NCBI GenBank assembly: GCA_964352155.1 | Contig: CAYGRI010000001.1 | Span: 1-63,700 of the forward strand | DNA length: 63,700 nucleotides | Source of the DNA: an uncultured Maritimibacter sp. | Lineage (GTDB): Bacteria > Pseudomonadota > Alphaproteobacteria > Rhodobacterales > Rhodobacteraceae | Direction: 5' to 3' | In this document: piece by piece, positions 27,159 through 37,209 of the stretch | How positions within the stretch are numbered: the first letter of the stretch is position 1 | Layout of the letters: every line of letters starts with the position of its first letter | The notes under the pieces: model-generated | Database searches by the model: none | What the model was told of the DNA's origin: nothing | What the model saw: the letters and a program-made list of their open reading frames with translations, nothing else | Program-made: the position numbers and the translations under genes

Positions 27159-27938
27159 TCAGGCAGTCAGGCCGCCGTCCACCTTCAGCTCCGCGCCGGT
27201 GATATAGGCGGATTCGTCCGAGGCGAAGAACAAGGCTGCGCGGGCCACGTCCCAAGCGGTTCCCTGGCGCTGCATCGGTACCATGGCGGCGCGGCGGGCA
27301 GCCAGCTCTGCCGGGTCGGTGTCACTGTCGACATAGGCGGTGACATGGGGGGTGTCGATCGCGCCGGGCAGGATCGCATTGGAACGGATCTGGGCCCCCG
27401 CATTCTCGCGCGCCAAGGATCTGGAAAGGCGCAACAGCGCCATTTTCGACACTTCGTAAGAGACATAGCTGTAGGGCGCGGAATAGACGGCGGCGAGGGA
27501 CGAGATGTAGATCAACGACCCGCCCGCCTGTGCCCGCATCATCGGCAGCACGGCGCGGGTCATCCGCACAGCGCCTTTCAGGTTCAGGTCGAACACCAGG
27601 TCCCAATCCGCGTCCTCGGTCTCTGTCACGCCGCCGGGCAGGCTGATGCCGACATTGTAATCCAGAATGTCGACCCCGCCCCACAGCGCGGTAAGGCGGT
27701 CGCGCACCTGTGGGCCGGCCTGCGGATCGGTGACATCGGCGATGGCAACCTCCGCCTCGCCGCCTTCGGCGCGGATAATCTCGGCGGTGGCCTGCGCCGC
27801 CGCCCCGTTACGGTCCACGCAGAGCACCCTGGCGCCCTCGCGGGCAAACAGGACTGCGGTGGCCTTGCCGTTGCCCCAGCCCTCGCCCACCGATCCTGCG
27901 CCGATGATCGCGGCGCGTTTTCCAGCCAGGCGGGTCAT
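27159..27938 (-). CDS. SDR family NAD(P)-dependent oxidoreductase
   Basis: GAGSVGEGWGNG, YEVSK (YxxxK), PGAIDTP, ITGAELKVDGG. Confidence 0.92.
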   Translation of the reverse strand: MTRLAGKRAAIIGAGSVGEGWGNGKATAVLFAREGARVLCVDRNGAAAQATAEIIRAEGGEAEVAIADVTDPQAGPQVRDRLTALWGGVDILDYNVGISLPGGVTETEDADWDLVFDLNLKGAVRMTRAVLPMMRAQAGGSLIYISSLAAVYSAPYSYVSYEVSKMALLRLSRSLARENAGAQIRSNAILPGAIDTPHVTAYVDSDTDPAELAARRAAMVPMQRQGTAWDVARAALFFASDESAYITGAELKVDGGLTA

Positions 27939-29302
27939 GGGCTGAGAACCGTATGCGGCAACCACAGCACGATCCCGGGTTGCCAGATCAGGATGAACAG
28001 CACCGCCACCTGAAGGATCACGAAGGGAATGATTCCCCGGTAGATCTGGTTCATCGTCACCAGCCCGCCCGCCGCGCTTTTCATATAGAACAGGGCAAAT
28101 CCGAAGGGCGGTGTCAGGAACGAGGTCTGCAGATTCACCGCAACTAGGATCGTGAACCAATAGACCAGATCGGCCTTGGCGATGTGGTCGCCCAGATCCA
28201 TCAGATCCACGATTGGCGCAAAGATCGGCAGCAGGATCAGGGTGATCTCTATCCAGTCGAAGAAGAAGCCCATGATGAAAACGATCAGCATCATGGCGAA
28301 CAGCAGCGCCCAGTCGCCCATGTTCAGGCTGCGCGCGATATCGACAATGAAATCGTCGCCGCCGATCCGGCGGAACACATAGGAAAACGCCGTGGCCGCC
28401 GCGAAGATGAAGAACAGCAGCGCGATGGTCCGCAAGGAGGAATCGGTGGCCTCGGCCAGCACCGCCCGATTCAGGCGGCCGCGCAGCAGCCCCAGCATCA
28501 GTGCCGCGAAAGCGCCCACGCCAGAGGCCTCGGTCGGGCTGGCAAGGCCGCCGATGATCGACCCCAGCACCGCGATGATCAGGATCAGCGGGAAAGACAC
28601 AGAGACCAGCGCCTCGCGCCACAGCCCGGCCTTGTCTGCGGCCAGCAAAGCGGCGGCGGGCGGCGATTCCGCGGGGCGCAGCAGCGAGCGGACCACCAGA
28701 TAGACCAAGTAGACCCCGGCCAGGAACAGCCCCGGCAGGAAAGCCGCGACAAAGACCTTGGCCAGATTGAGCGACAGCAGGTCGGACATGAAGACCAGCA
28801 TGACCGAGGGCGGGATCAGGATCCCCAGGGTGCCCGCGCTCGCCACCGTGCCCGTCGCCAGCGGCGCGGAATAGCCCGCGCGGATCATCGTGGGCAGGGC
28901 CATCACCGTCAGCATTACCACCGAGGCGCCGATGATCCCCGTTGCCGCCGCCAGGATCGTCCCCATCAGCACGACAGAGATCGCAAGCCCCCCCGGCACC
29001 CGCGCCATCAGCTTTTGCAGCGTCAGCAGTAGATCCTCGGCGATGCGGGTCTTTTCCATCACCACGCCCATGAAGATGAACATCGGCGCGGCGACCAGGA
29101 CCGCGTTGTCGATCACGCCGCCATAGATTCGCGTGGGGATCAGCGACAGATGCACGACCCGCATCTCGCCCAGCGCCAGTGCGATCAGCGCGAAGATCAG
29201 CGTGACAGAGCATAGCACCACCGGCACCGGCAGCGCCGAGAACAGCCCGGCGATCAGGCTGAGGAACATGATCGCCGGAAGGATCTCTGTCAGTGTTTCC
29301 AT
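27935..29302 (-). CDS. dctM: TRAP transporter large permease (DctM)
   Basis: AAATGIIGAS, GTLGILIPPS, PTEASGVGA, QTSFLTPPFG. Confidence 0.92.
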   Translation of the reverse strand: METLTEILPAIMFLSLIAGLFSALPVPVVLCSVTLIFALIALALGEMRVVHLSLIPTRIYGGVIDNAVLVAAPMFIFMGVVMEKTRIAEDLLLTLQKLMARVPGGLAISVVLMGTILAAATGIIGASVVMLTVMALPTMIRAGYSAPLATGTVASAGTLGILIPPSVMLVFMSDLLSLNLAKVFVAAFLPGLFLAGVYLVYLVVRSLLRPAESPPAAALLAADKAGLWREALVSVSFPLILIIAVLGSIIGGLASPTEASGVGAFAALMLGLLRGRLNRAVLAEATDSSLRTIALLFFIFAAATAFSYVFRRIGGDDFIVDIARSLNMGDWALLFAMMLIVFIMGFFFDWIEITLILLPIFAPIVDLMDLGDHIAKADLVYWFTILVAVNLQTSFLTPPFGFALFYMKSAAGGLVTMNQIYRGIIPFVILQVAVLFILIWQPGIVLWLPHTVLSP

Positions 29303-29841
29303 AGGCCCCGTTCCACAAAGGCATCGGCCAGCAGATCTGGGCGCCGCAACACCACGAGGATCCGCAAGGCCACCGCTGTACAACCCGAGATGGTGATCAG
29401 GGCAGAGATCGGGACGACCGACTTGATGACCCAGCGGTGCGGCAACCCGCGCCCGCCATTGGCCCCCTCGCCACGTTCAAAGGCGCGCAGGGCGAATTCA
29501 TAGCCATACCAGACGATGAGCAGAAAGAACGGGATTACCAGCAGCACGATCACCCAGAATTCCATCCACAGGCGAAAGCGGTCCCGCATCCGGGGGGCCA
29601 GCACATCGATCCGCACATGGGCGTTGCGGGTATAGGCATAGCCCAGGGCGAACATCGCGATCACTCCGTGGATATGCCATTCCAGCTCTTGCAGCACGAA
29701 AGAACCGGTAGAGAAGAACTTGCGCCCGATCACGTCATAGATGATGACGCCCACCAGAACGAACAACAGCACCGCCGCCAGCCGCGCGGCCCAGTCGCAC
29801 AGCCAGGTCAGCGCCGCCGCGATCTTCAGGCTTGCCTGCAT
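29290..29841 (-). CDS. dctQ: TRAP transporter small permease (DctQ)
   Basis: QELEWH, HVRIDV; four TM helices. Confidence 0.9.
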   Translation of the reverse strand: MQASLKIAAALTWLCDWAARLAAVLLFVLVGVIIYDVIGRKFFSTGSFVLQELEWHIHGVIAMFALGYAYTRNAHVRIDVLAPRMRDRFRLWMEFWVIVLLVIPFFLLIVWYGYEFALRAFERGEGANGGRGLPHRWVIKSVVPISALITISGCTAVALRILVVLRRPDLLADAFVERGLWKH

Positions 29842-29905
29842 GGTCCCCCTCCGCCGTCAGCCCGGCCCGAGGGGTCCCGCCCCCGGACCGGTGCGTTGCC
29901 GTGGC

Positions 29906-30937
29906 CTATGGCAGATAGCCCAGGCGCTTCCATTCGGCATAGCTGGCGCGGAACGCCTGAATGCTGCCCCAGGCGCGCTTGAAATCGGCGTCTTCGGCAG
30001 ATTTCTCGGCCGCGACCTCGCCCCAGGCGGATTCGTAGGCGGCCAGGATCTCGGCCGGCCATTGATGCACGATCACTCCGTTTTCCGCCTGCATCTTCGC
30101 CAGCGGTGCGAGCTGAACCGCCTCACCCTCGGCCATGGTCATCATCACCTGCGCCTCGCAGGCGGTCTCGATGATCACGCGTTCCTGGTCGGTCAGGTCG
30201 TTCCAGGTGTCCATGTTGATGATCACGCTAAGAAAGCTGGTCTGCTGATGCCAGCCGGGGAAGTAGTAGTGCTTGGCGTGCTCATACATGCCGACCATGT
30301 TGTCGAGGAAGGGAAAGCCCAGTTCCGCACTGTCGATGGCGCCGGTGTTCAGCGCCGACATCGTGTCGGCCAGCCCCATCGACTGCGCCTCCACCCCCAG
30401 CTTGCCCATCACGCTGGCGCCCAGCCCGAAGAAGCGCATCTTCTTGCCCTTCAGGTCGTCGACCGTCTTGATCTCTTCGCGGAACCAGCCAGAGGCCTCG
30501 GGCACAAGGGTCGAGCAATGGATGGTCTTGATGTTATAGTCGGCCTCTGTGATCTCGGACCACATCTCCTTGCCGCCGCCAAAATACCACCAGGCGGCGT
30601 ATTCCTTCACGTCCGGACCAAAGGGAAAGGTCGTGAACAGCGGCGCGGACGGCACGATCCCTTCGGCGAAGCCGATGGAATACCACGAACTTTCCACCGC
30701 GCCGGTGGAAACGGCATCCCAGACCTCGCCGGTCGATACGATCTCTCCGGGGCTTTTGACGTCAAAATGCACCCCGCCAGCGGTCAGGACATGGACTTTT
30801 TCGGACAGGTCCCACGCCGGTTTGCCCAGCAAAGGCAGGGATTGCGGAAAGATCGCCTGCATTTCTATGTCCTTGGCGATCGCAGCGGTGGCCGACAGGG
30901 CCGCAACGCAGGCCCCGATTGCAAACTTGGTCTTCAT
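29906..30937 (-). CDS. dctP: TRAP substrate-binding protein (DctP, TakP-like)
   Basis: Signal peptide; SGWFREEI, GKKMRFFGLG, YYFPGWHQ. Confidence 0.9.
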   Translation of the reverse strand: MKTKFAIGACVAALSATAAIAKDIEMQAIFPQSLPLLGKPAWDLSEKVHVLTAGGVHFDVKSPGEIVSTGEVWDAVSTGAVESSWYSIGFAEGIVPSAPLFTTFPFGPDVKEYAAWWYFGGGKEMWSEITEADYNIKTIHCSTLVPEASGWFREEIKTVDDLKGKKMRFFGLGASVMGKLGVEAQSMGLADTMSALNTGAIDSAELGFPFLDNMVGMYEHAKHYYFPGWHQQTSFLSVIINMDTWNDLTDQERVIIETACEAQVMMTMAEGEAVQLAPLAKMQAENGVIVHQWPAEILAAYESAWGEVAAEKSAEDADFKRAWGSIQAFRASYAEWKRLGYLP

Positions 30938-30969
30938 CTTCTGTCTCCTCCCTTGGTGTGTCGCGTGCG

Positions 30970-32706
30970 TCAGGCCACGCGGTCGCCTTTCTTGACCTGA
31001 ACGGTCCGGTTGTCGGCGGCCGGCAGCATCCTGGCCGGGTCGCGGGTGACCATCACATCGATCACGCTGGGCCTGTCGGTTTCGGCAAAGGATGCCAGCA
31101 GCGCCTCTGCAAGCTGTCCGGGGGCCTCCACCCTGATCCCGTGACAGCCCATCGCCTCGGCCAGTTTCGCATAGTTCGTTTCGGCCAGATCGGCGCTTTG
31201 GTAGTTCCCTTCGCCATACATCAGGTGCTGCAGCGCCTTCACATAGCCCGACGCCGCGTTGTTCACGACGATCACGGTCAGGCCCAGCTTCATCCGGCGG
31301 GCGGTCTCCAGCTCTCCCAGCACCATGTTGAAACCGCCATCGCCCGTCAGCCCCACGACGACCGCCCCGGGCGCGGCGAGTTGCGCGCCCATCGCGCCGG
31401 GCAGGCCATAGCCGATAGAGGCAAAGCCGCGGTCCGGCACAAAAGTCCGCCGTGCGCGTTTGGAATTGTACAGCAGCCCGCCCCAATGCGCGGCAAAGCC
31501 GCCATCGGCGATCAAATGGCCGTCGTCGGGCAGGTGGTTGTTCAATTCGGTGATCAGCCGCGCCATGTTCACGGGGGTTTCGTCGGAGTACAGCCGCTCC
31601 GAGGCGACCTCGTCATGCCAGACCTGCATCTTCGCGGGGATCTCGGCCAGATAGGCCGCCCGCCGCGCGCGTTGCTCGGCCGCAGTGCCGGCCAGCGCAT
31701 CGCTCAGGTCGGTCAGCCCCTCGCGGGCGTCGCCCCACAGTTTGACGGTGGGCTCGTAGGTGCGGCCCATCTCTTCGGCGACCGCTTCCAGATGGATCAC
31801 CCGCTGGCCCTTTTGCGGGATGGTGAAGCGTTTGGTGGCGATCTCGCCCAGCTTGCAGCCCGCGACGACGATGCAATCCGAGGCGGCGATCAGGTCATTG
31901 GCGATCCGATCATAGCGCCCGAACAGCCCCGCCGACAGCGGCGAGGTGCAGGCGATGGCGCCCTTGCCGCTCATCGTATGGGCAACGGGGATGCCGTTGT
32001 CTTCGGCAAAGCGGGTCACCGCCTCCGTCGCCTGGCTGATGTGGATGCCGCCGCCACACAGCAGGATCGGCCGCTCCGCCACCGAGATCAGGGCCGCCGC
32101 CCGCGCGACAGAGGCCGCGTCGGGGCGGCAGCGCAGGGCGGGAGCGGATTCATGGGCGGGATCCACCTCGAAATCGGTTTCCTCAAAGCCCCATAGCCCA
32201 TGGGCGATGTCTTCGGGCACGTCGACGATCACCGGGCCGGGGCGGCCGCTGGTGGCCACGGCAAAGGCGCGGCGCAGGATCTCTGGGATGCGGTGGATCG
32301 CCTCGACCCGCAGCAATTCCTTGCAGCAGGGCCGCAGGATAGAGACCTGATCGGTTTCCTGCGTCATGTTCTTGCCGGCATGGTCGCGCTGGGCATCGCC
32401 GACGATGGCGACGATCGGACTGCCGGCGTTCAGCGCCTCGACCAGCCCGGTCACCAGGTTCGTCGCCCCCGGCCCCAGAGTCGCATCCACCAGCCCGACC
32501 CGACCCGAGACCTTGGCATAGGCATCGGCGGCAAAGACGGCACAGCGTTCGTCGTTGATCAGGTTGTGGTTCAGCCCCAGCCGCCGCGCGGCATCGTAGA
32601 ACGGCAGCAACTGAAAGCCGCCCATGCCAAACATCGGCCCGGCGCCATGGGCCATCAGCATCCGGACAATCGCCTCGCCGCCGGTCATTTCATTGGATTG
32701 GGTCAT
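30970..32706 (-). CDS. Thiamine pyrophosphate-binding enzyme (acetolactate synthase-like)
   Basis: DERCAVFAADAYA, TLGPGATN, PGPVIVDVP, GDGGF...VVNN. Confidence 0.9.
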   Translation of the reverse strand: MTQSNEMTGGEAIVRMLMAHGAGPMFGMGGFQLLPFYDAARRLGLNHNLINDERCAVFAADAYAKVSGRVGLVDATLGPGATNLVTGLVEALNAGSPIVAIVGDAQRDHAGKNMTQETDQVSILRPCCKELLRVEAIHRIPEILRRAFAVATSGRPGPVIVDVPEDIAHGLWGFEETDFEVDPAHESAPALRCRPDAASVARAAALISVAERPILLCGGGIHISQATEAVTRFAEDNGIPVAHTMSGKGAIACTSPLSAGLFGRYDRIANDLIAASDCIVVAGCKLGEIATKRFTIPQKGQRVIHLEAVAEEMGRTYEPTVKLWGDAREGLTDLSDALAGTAAEQRARRAAYLAEIPAKMQVWHDEVASERLYSDETPVNMARLITELNNHLPDDGHLIADGGFAAHWGGLLYNSKRARRTFVPDRGFASIGYGLPGAMGAQLAAPGAVVVGLTGDGGFNMVLGELETARRMKLGLTVIVVNNAASGYVKALQHLMYGEGNYQSADLAETNYAKLAEAMGCHGIRVEAPGQLAEALLASFAETDRPSVIDVMVTRDPARMLPAADNRTVQVKKGDRVA

Positions 32707-33677
32707 GCGGGTATTGGCTCCATCGTCTTGCGCGCGGCGGCGGCGATCATCGCGGGGGTGACCCGCATCTGGTCTTCGAGGTTGGGGGCATAGGCGATCA
32801 GCCCGCGCGGGCTGCCAAGCCGCTGCGGCAGTGCCCGCAGCGGAACGTTCTGCGCTACGGTGGCAACGATCTCGGCGCCGAACCCGGCGACGGCGACAGA
32901 TTCCTGCGCCACCACAAGGCGGCCGGTCTTGCGCACAGACTCCAGCACCGCCGCCTTGTCCCAGGGCCACAGGCTGATCAGGTCGATCACCTCGGCGTCG
33001 ATCCCGTCGGCGGCCAGCGCCTTTGCCGCCTCTGCACACAGATTGGCGGTGTGGGACCACGACACCAGCGTCACATCCTGGCCCGCGCGGCGCAGGGCGG
33101 CTTTGCCGAAGGTGCCGGGGGCGGCGGTGTCGACCGCGCCCTCCATCGTCCAGATGTTCTTGTGTTCCAGGTAGACCACCGGGTCGTCGCAGGCGATGGC
33201 GGCCTTCATCATCGCGTAGTTGTCCTGCGGCGTGGCCGGGCAGCACACCACCAGCCCGGGGATATGCACATACCAGGATTCCAGGCTTTGGCTGTGCTGC
33301 GCGGCAGAGGAGCGCCACATCCCCATCGGCTTGCGGATCACCATCGGCGCCCGGCTTTGACCGCCGAACATGAAGCGGGCCTTGGCGATCTGGTTGACCA
33401 GCTCGTCAGTGGCACACAGCGCGAAATCGGCAAAACGCATCTCGACAATGGGCCGGGTGCCCGCCATCGCGGCGCCAAATGCCGCGCCCATGATCGCGGC
33501 TTCGGAGATTGGCGCGTCAGAGATCCGGGCGGGGCCGAATTCCTCTGCCAGCCCCAGATACTGCTGGAACACACCGCCGCGGCCCAGATCTTCGCCGACG
33601 CACCAGACGGTCGGGTCGGCGCGCATGGCTTCGGCAATCGCTTGCCGCGCGGCAGCGGCATAGGTCATCAGGGGCAT
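32703..33677 (-). CDS. 2-oxoacid/acetoin dehydrogenase E1 beta subunit
   Basis: GEDL, DAPISEAAI, AAQHSQSLE, YLEHK, EVIDL. Confidence 0.92.
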   Translation of the reverse strand: MPLMTYAAAARQAIAEAMRADPTVWCVGEDLGRGGVFQQYLGLAEEFGPARISDAPISEAAIMGAAFGAAMAGTRPIVEMRFADFALCATDELVNQIAKARFMFGGQSRAPMVIRKPMGMWRSSAAQHSQSLESWYVHIPGLVVCCPATPQDNYAMMKAAIACDDPVVYLEHKNIWTMEGAVDTAAPGTFGKAALRRAGQDVTLVSWSHTANLCAEAAKALAADGIDAEVIDLISLWPWDKAAVLESVRKTGRLVVAQESVAVAGFGAEIVATVAQNVPLRALPQRLGSPRGLIAYAPNLEDQMRVTPAMIAAAARKTMEPIPA

Positions 33678-34672
33678 CAGAACGCCTCCACCGCGGGGGA
33701 GCCGATGTCCTGTACATCCGCAAACACCGAGTCGTCGGCGGGCCAGGGGGCGGCGCGGGCCGCCTCCAGCGCCGCTGTCATCTCTTCCGCCGCTGCTTGG
33801 CGCAGGGCGTCCATTTTGGCCACGCTGACGCCCGCTTCGGCCAGTTCGCCGCGCAGGCGTCCGATCGGGCAGGTGGTGGCGCGCATATGGTCGGCTTCGC
33901 CCTCGGGCCGGTAGGAGGCCGGGTCGAAATAGGTGTGCCCGCTCAGCCTATATGTCCGGGCGTGCAGGAATTCGGGCTTGCCGGTGGCGCGGATCCGGGC
34001 TGTGATCTCCGCCGCCGTGGTGGCCAGAGAGGTCACGTCGTTGCCGTCCGCTTCGGTCGTGCGCAGACCCAGCGCGCGGGCCCGGTCGGGCACATCGCCA
34101 GAGGTCATGGCGCTGGTCAGGGTCGAGGCAGAATAGCGGTTGTCCTCGCAGACGAACAAGATCGGCAGGTCAAAGACGCCGGCCCAGTTCATCCCTTCCA
34201 GAAACGGCCCGCGATTGGCGGCGCCGTCGCCAAAGAAACAGACGACGATCTGGTCGCCGCCTAGCAGTTTGATGCCATGCGCGGCCCCGGCGGCGATGGT
34301 GATATTGGCGCCGACGACCCCGTTGGCCCCCAGCATCCGCACCCCGAAATCGGCGATATGCATGGATCCGCCCTTGCCGCCGCAGCAGCCGCCCGCGCGG
34401 CCCAAAAGCTCCTTCATCATCGCGGTAGCGTCGGCGCCCTTGGCCAGCGTGTGACCGTGGCCGCGATGAGTCGACAGGATGTAGTCGTCGCGGCGCAGGG
34501 GGTCTATCACCGCGGCCGCCACCGCCTCTTGCCCGATGGACAGATGGATGGCGCCCAGAACCAGCCCCTCGTCCACGGCGGCGTGGCGGGCGGTTTCCTC
34601 AAAGGCGCGGATCCGCTCCATCAGCGTCAGCCGCGCCAGCCCGGCGTCCTTGTCGAAATTCGGCAGTGTCAA
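33677..34672 (-). CDS. 2-oxoacid/acetoin dehydrogenase E1 alpha subunit
   Basis: HLSIGQEA, STHRGHGH, GKGGSMH, FGDGA..N ThDP motif, TYRLSGH. Confidence 0.92.
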   Translation of the reverse strand: MTLPNFDKDAGLARLTLMERIRAFEETARHAAVDEGLVLGAIHLSIGQEAVAAAVIDPLRRDDYILSTHRGHGHTLAKGADATAMMKELLGRAGGCCGGKGGSMHIADFGVRMLGANGVVGANITIAAGAAHGIKLLGGDQIVVCFFGDGAANRGPFLEGMNWAGVFDLPILFVCEDNRYSASTLTSAMTSGDVPDRARALGLRTTEADGNDVTSLATTAAEITARIRATGKPEFLHARTYRLSGHTYFDPASYRPEGEADHMRATTCPIGRLRGELAEAGVSVAKMDALRQAAAEEMTAALEAARAAPWPADDSVFADVQDIGSPAVEAF

Positions 34673-35448
34673 AACAACCCCTCCCGCTCCAGCTCGCTCA
34701 ATTTGTCCGAAAGGCGCGCGACCTCGGACCGCAACAGCGGCACCAGATCCGCGTCGATGCGGGTTTCCGACATGCGGTCGTTGATCGCCCCGATCCCGAC
34801 AGCCGCGCCCAAAGTGCCCTTGCGGGTGATGACGGGCAGGGCCACCGCGCTCATCCCCGGCACAGGGATCGACGGGTTCAGCGCATAGCCGCGCGCGTGA
34901 AAGTCCTCGGCCAGCGCCTCCAGCCGCTCGGGCGTGTAGTTGTAATCCGCCATCCAGTCGGCATGGGCCCGCGCGCCCGCCGTCCGTTTCGCGACGGGGG
35001 TCACCGCATACATCGCCTGCCCCGAGGCGCCAACGCCCAGCGGCACACGGTCGCCAGCGTCCAGGGTCAGGGTGCGGATCGGAAAGGCCCCCAGCTCGCG
35101 GCAGACGCAGATCGACACGGCCCCTTCGGGCACCGACAGGAACACGGTGTCCTGCGAGGCGTCGGCGATCCGGCGTAGGTTGCGCCGCGCCAAAGCGGCG
35201 ATGTCGGACCGGTTCGCGCTGCGCGCCAATGCGGCCAGGGCGCTGCCCAGGAAATACTTCCGGCTGTCGGGGTCCTGATAGACGTAATGCACGTCCTGAA
35301 GCGAGGCGAGCACCCGATGCGTCGTGGTCTTGGTGAACTCCGTCTCTGCCATGATCTGCGTCAGGCTGGCGCCCAGCGGCATTCGGGCCAATGCGGCCAG
35401 CACGACCTGAGCGCGTGCGATGGAGCCCACCGGTGCTTCGGCGTTCAC
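34669..35448 (-). CDS. IclR family transcriptional regulator
   Basis: GTG at 35448 after GGGAGG RBS; KTTTHRVLASL HTH; PLGVGASG, RGYA, AVALPV. Confidence 0.88.
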   Translation of the reverse strand: MNAEAPVGSIARAQVVLAALARMPLGASLTQIMAETEFTKTTTHRVLASLQDVHYVYQDPDSRKYFLGSALAALARSANRSDIAALARRNLRRIADASQDTVFLSVPEGAVSICVCRELGAFPIRTLTLDAGDRVPLGVGASGQAMYAVTPVAKRTAGARAHADWMADYNYTPERLEALAEDFHARGYALNPSIPVPGMSAVALPVITRKGTLGAAVGIGAINDRMSETRIDADLVPLLRSEVARLSDKLSELEREGLF

Positions 35449-35460
35449 GACAATCCTCCC

Positions 35461-35485
35461 AGATGTTCCTTTTATCGGAACTTCT
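35461..35485. promoter_or_regulatory. Palindromic operator (IclR-type)
   Basis: AGATGTTCC-TTTTATC-GGAACTTCT dyad between the iclR gene and the divergent gene. Confidence 0.65.
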
Positions 35486-35540
35486 GTTGCGATTGTAGGA
35501 ATGTTTTGCACAGCTCTGTCAAACGAAATACCATTGCGGG

Positions 35541-36362
35541 ATGAAAAAGGCGGATTTGCTTCTGGATTCGATCACCGATGCGGGCGGCGACGCGGCGGGG
35601 GCGGTCGCTGTTTCGGGATCGCATGGCGGGCTATATGCGGCGGCGGTGGCCTCGCGCGCGGGGCTGCGGGCGGTGATCCTGAACGATGCCGGTCGCGGGC
35701 GGAATGCGGCGGGCATTGCGGGGGTGCGCGCTTTGGCGACAGTCGGCATGGCGGCCTGTGCCGTCGATTGCATGAGCGCCGAGATCGGCAATGCCGCTGA
35801 CATGCGCAACCATGGCATCGTCTCCTTCGCCAACAGCGTTGCCGAGGCTTTGGGCGTGCGGATCGGAGACAGGGTATCCGATGCGATGGACCGGCTTGCG
35901 GGTGCGCCAAAGCCCACCGGTCGGATGGAGGCTGTGCCCGAAGCCCGGTGGGAGGAATCGTTTGGCGAGGGTCACGTGCTGTGCGTCGATTCCGCCTCTT
36001 TGATCCGGCCAGAGGACGTGGGGCGGCTGATCGTCACCGGGTCGCATGGTGGGTTGATCGGCGGCGATCCCAAGCGCGCCTGCAAGGCGGCGGCGCGGCT
36101 GGTCAGCTTTTCGGATGCGGGCGTCGGCAAGAACGGCATCGGGCAATCGCGCCTGCCTGCGCTTGAAGGGCAGGGCATTGCTGCCGTCACCCTCGATTGC
36201 GCCAGTTGCGAGATCGGCAGCGCCGCCTCTGCCTTGAAATTCGGTGTCCTGTCCGCCGCCAACGCGCCGGCCCGGCGCCTTGGGGTCCGCGTCGGGATGC
36301 CGTTGGCAGAGGGGCTTGCCGCTGTCGGTGGATCTTTGGACAGGCCGGGCGCGCCGTCCTAG
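35541..36362 (+). CDS. Hypothetical protein with an internal two-fold domain duplication
   Basis: Two copies of DS..GSHGG..DAGxGxN..DCxSxEIG..GxxSxAN..A..LGVRxG. Confidence 0.75.
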   Translation: MKKADLLLDSITDAGGDAAGAVAVSGSHGGLYAAAVASRAGLRAVILNDAGRGRNAAGIAGVRALATVGMAACAVDCMSAEIGNAADMRNHGIVSFANSVAEALGVRIGDRVSDAMDRLAGAPKPTGRMEAVPEARWEESFGEGHVLCVDSASLIRPEDVGRLIVTGSHGGLIGGDPKRACKAAARLVSFSDAGVGKNGIGQSRLPALEGQGIAAVTLDCASCEIGSAASALKFGVLSAANAPARRLGVRVGMPLAEGLAAVGGSLDRPGAPS

Positions 36363-36456
36363 CAAAGCGCCCTGTCCGGAGCCCTGAGGGGGCGGCGCAA
36401 GGGTTTTTCAACGGATTTGAGCCACAGTGAGGACCGGGACGCCAGAAAGGTACTCC

Positions 36457-37173
36457 GTGATTCGACGATTGGTTCAAACCGTGATCTTGTGCTGCGTGCT
36501 CGCCGGGATGTCCGTGGCGGACTCTGCGGGCCCGGGCCTGTTCGGCAGCCGCGCGCCGCTTTTTAACACACCGGGCACACCGGGCACGCAAGCGACAAGG
36601 GCCAGCCTGTTCAGCGGCGACGGCGCAGGCACGTTGTTCGCCGACATCCCAAAGAATGTGGCGCCGGCGGGCTTGGGACCACCCTCGACCGGGGGAACCC
36701 GCGCCGCGCGCATCCGCGATCTGATCGCCAAGGCCGAGGCTGGCCCCGCCGGATATGACGCGGTGCAGCACGGCGCGCGGATCCGACCGCTGAAGCGGCC
36801 CACAGACATGACCCTAGGCGAGATCTACGATTGGATCGACGCGACGCCGGGCCAGCCCCATGCGATTGGCCGCTATCAGTTCATTCCCAAGACCTTGCGC
36901 TGGCTGGCGGGCCGGTTGGGGATGGACCGCGCGACGCCCTTCACACCCCAGACGCAGGACCGGCTGGCGGACCTGCTGCTCGCCGATGCGGGTCTGGCGG
37001 AGGTGACAAGCGGCGAGATCACGCGAGAGAAGTTCATGCTGAACCTCACGCGGATCTGGGCCGGATTCCCGACGCAATCTGGCAAATCGTATTATCACGG
37101 ATTCGCCGGCAACAAGGCGACGATGACATGGGCGGAGTTCGATCTTCGCATGCGCGCGATCTTGTCCGGCTGA
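36457..37173 (+). CDS. Exported lysozyme-like (lambda R/GH24-GH104-like) protein
   Basis: N-terminal hydrophobic leader; LIAKAE..GYD, MTLGEI, AIGRYQFIPKTL, FTPQTQDRLA, IWAGFP. Confidence 0.65.
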   Translation: MIRRLVQTVILCCVLAGMSVADSAGPGLFGSRAPLFNTPGTPGTQATRASLFSGDGAGTLFADIPKNVAPAGLGPPSTGGTRAARIRDLIAKAEAGPAGYDAVQHGARIRPLKRPTDMTLGEIYDWIDATPGQPHAIGRYQFIPKTLRWLAGRLGMDRATPFTPQTQDRLADLLLADAGLAEVTSGEITREKFMLNLTRIWAGFPTQSGKSYYHGFAGNKATMTWAEFDLRMRAILSG

Positions 37174-37209
37174 CGCCACCGCTGGCCCCTGACCGGGCCG
37201 GAGGAGCAC

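Noticed and set aside
27159-29324. 721-aa ORF suggesting a large SDR fusion
   Set aside because: The upstream part is an alternative frame of dctM; the SDR starts at 27938 overlapping the dctM stop
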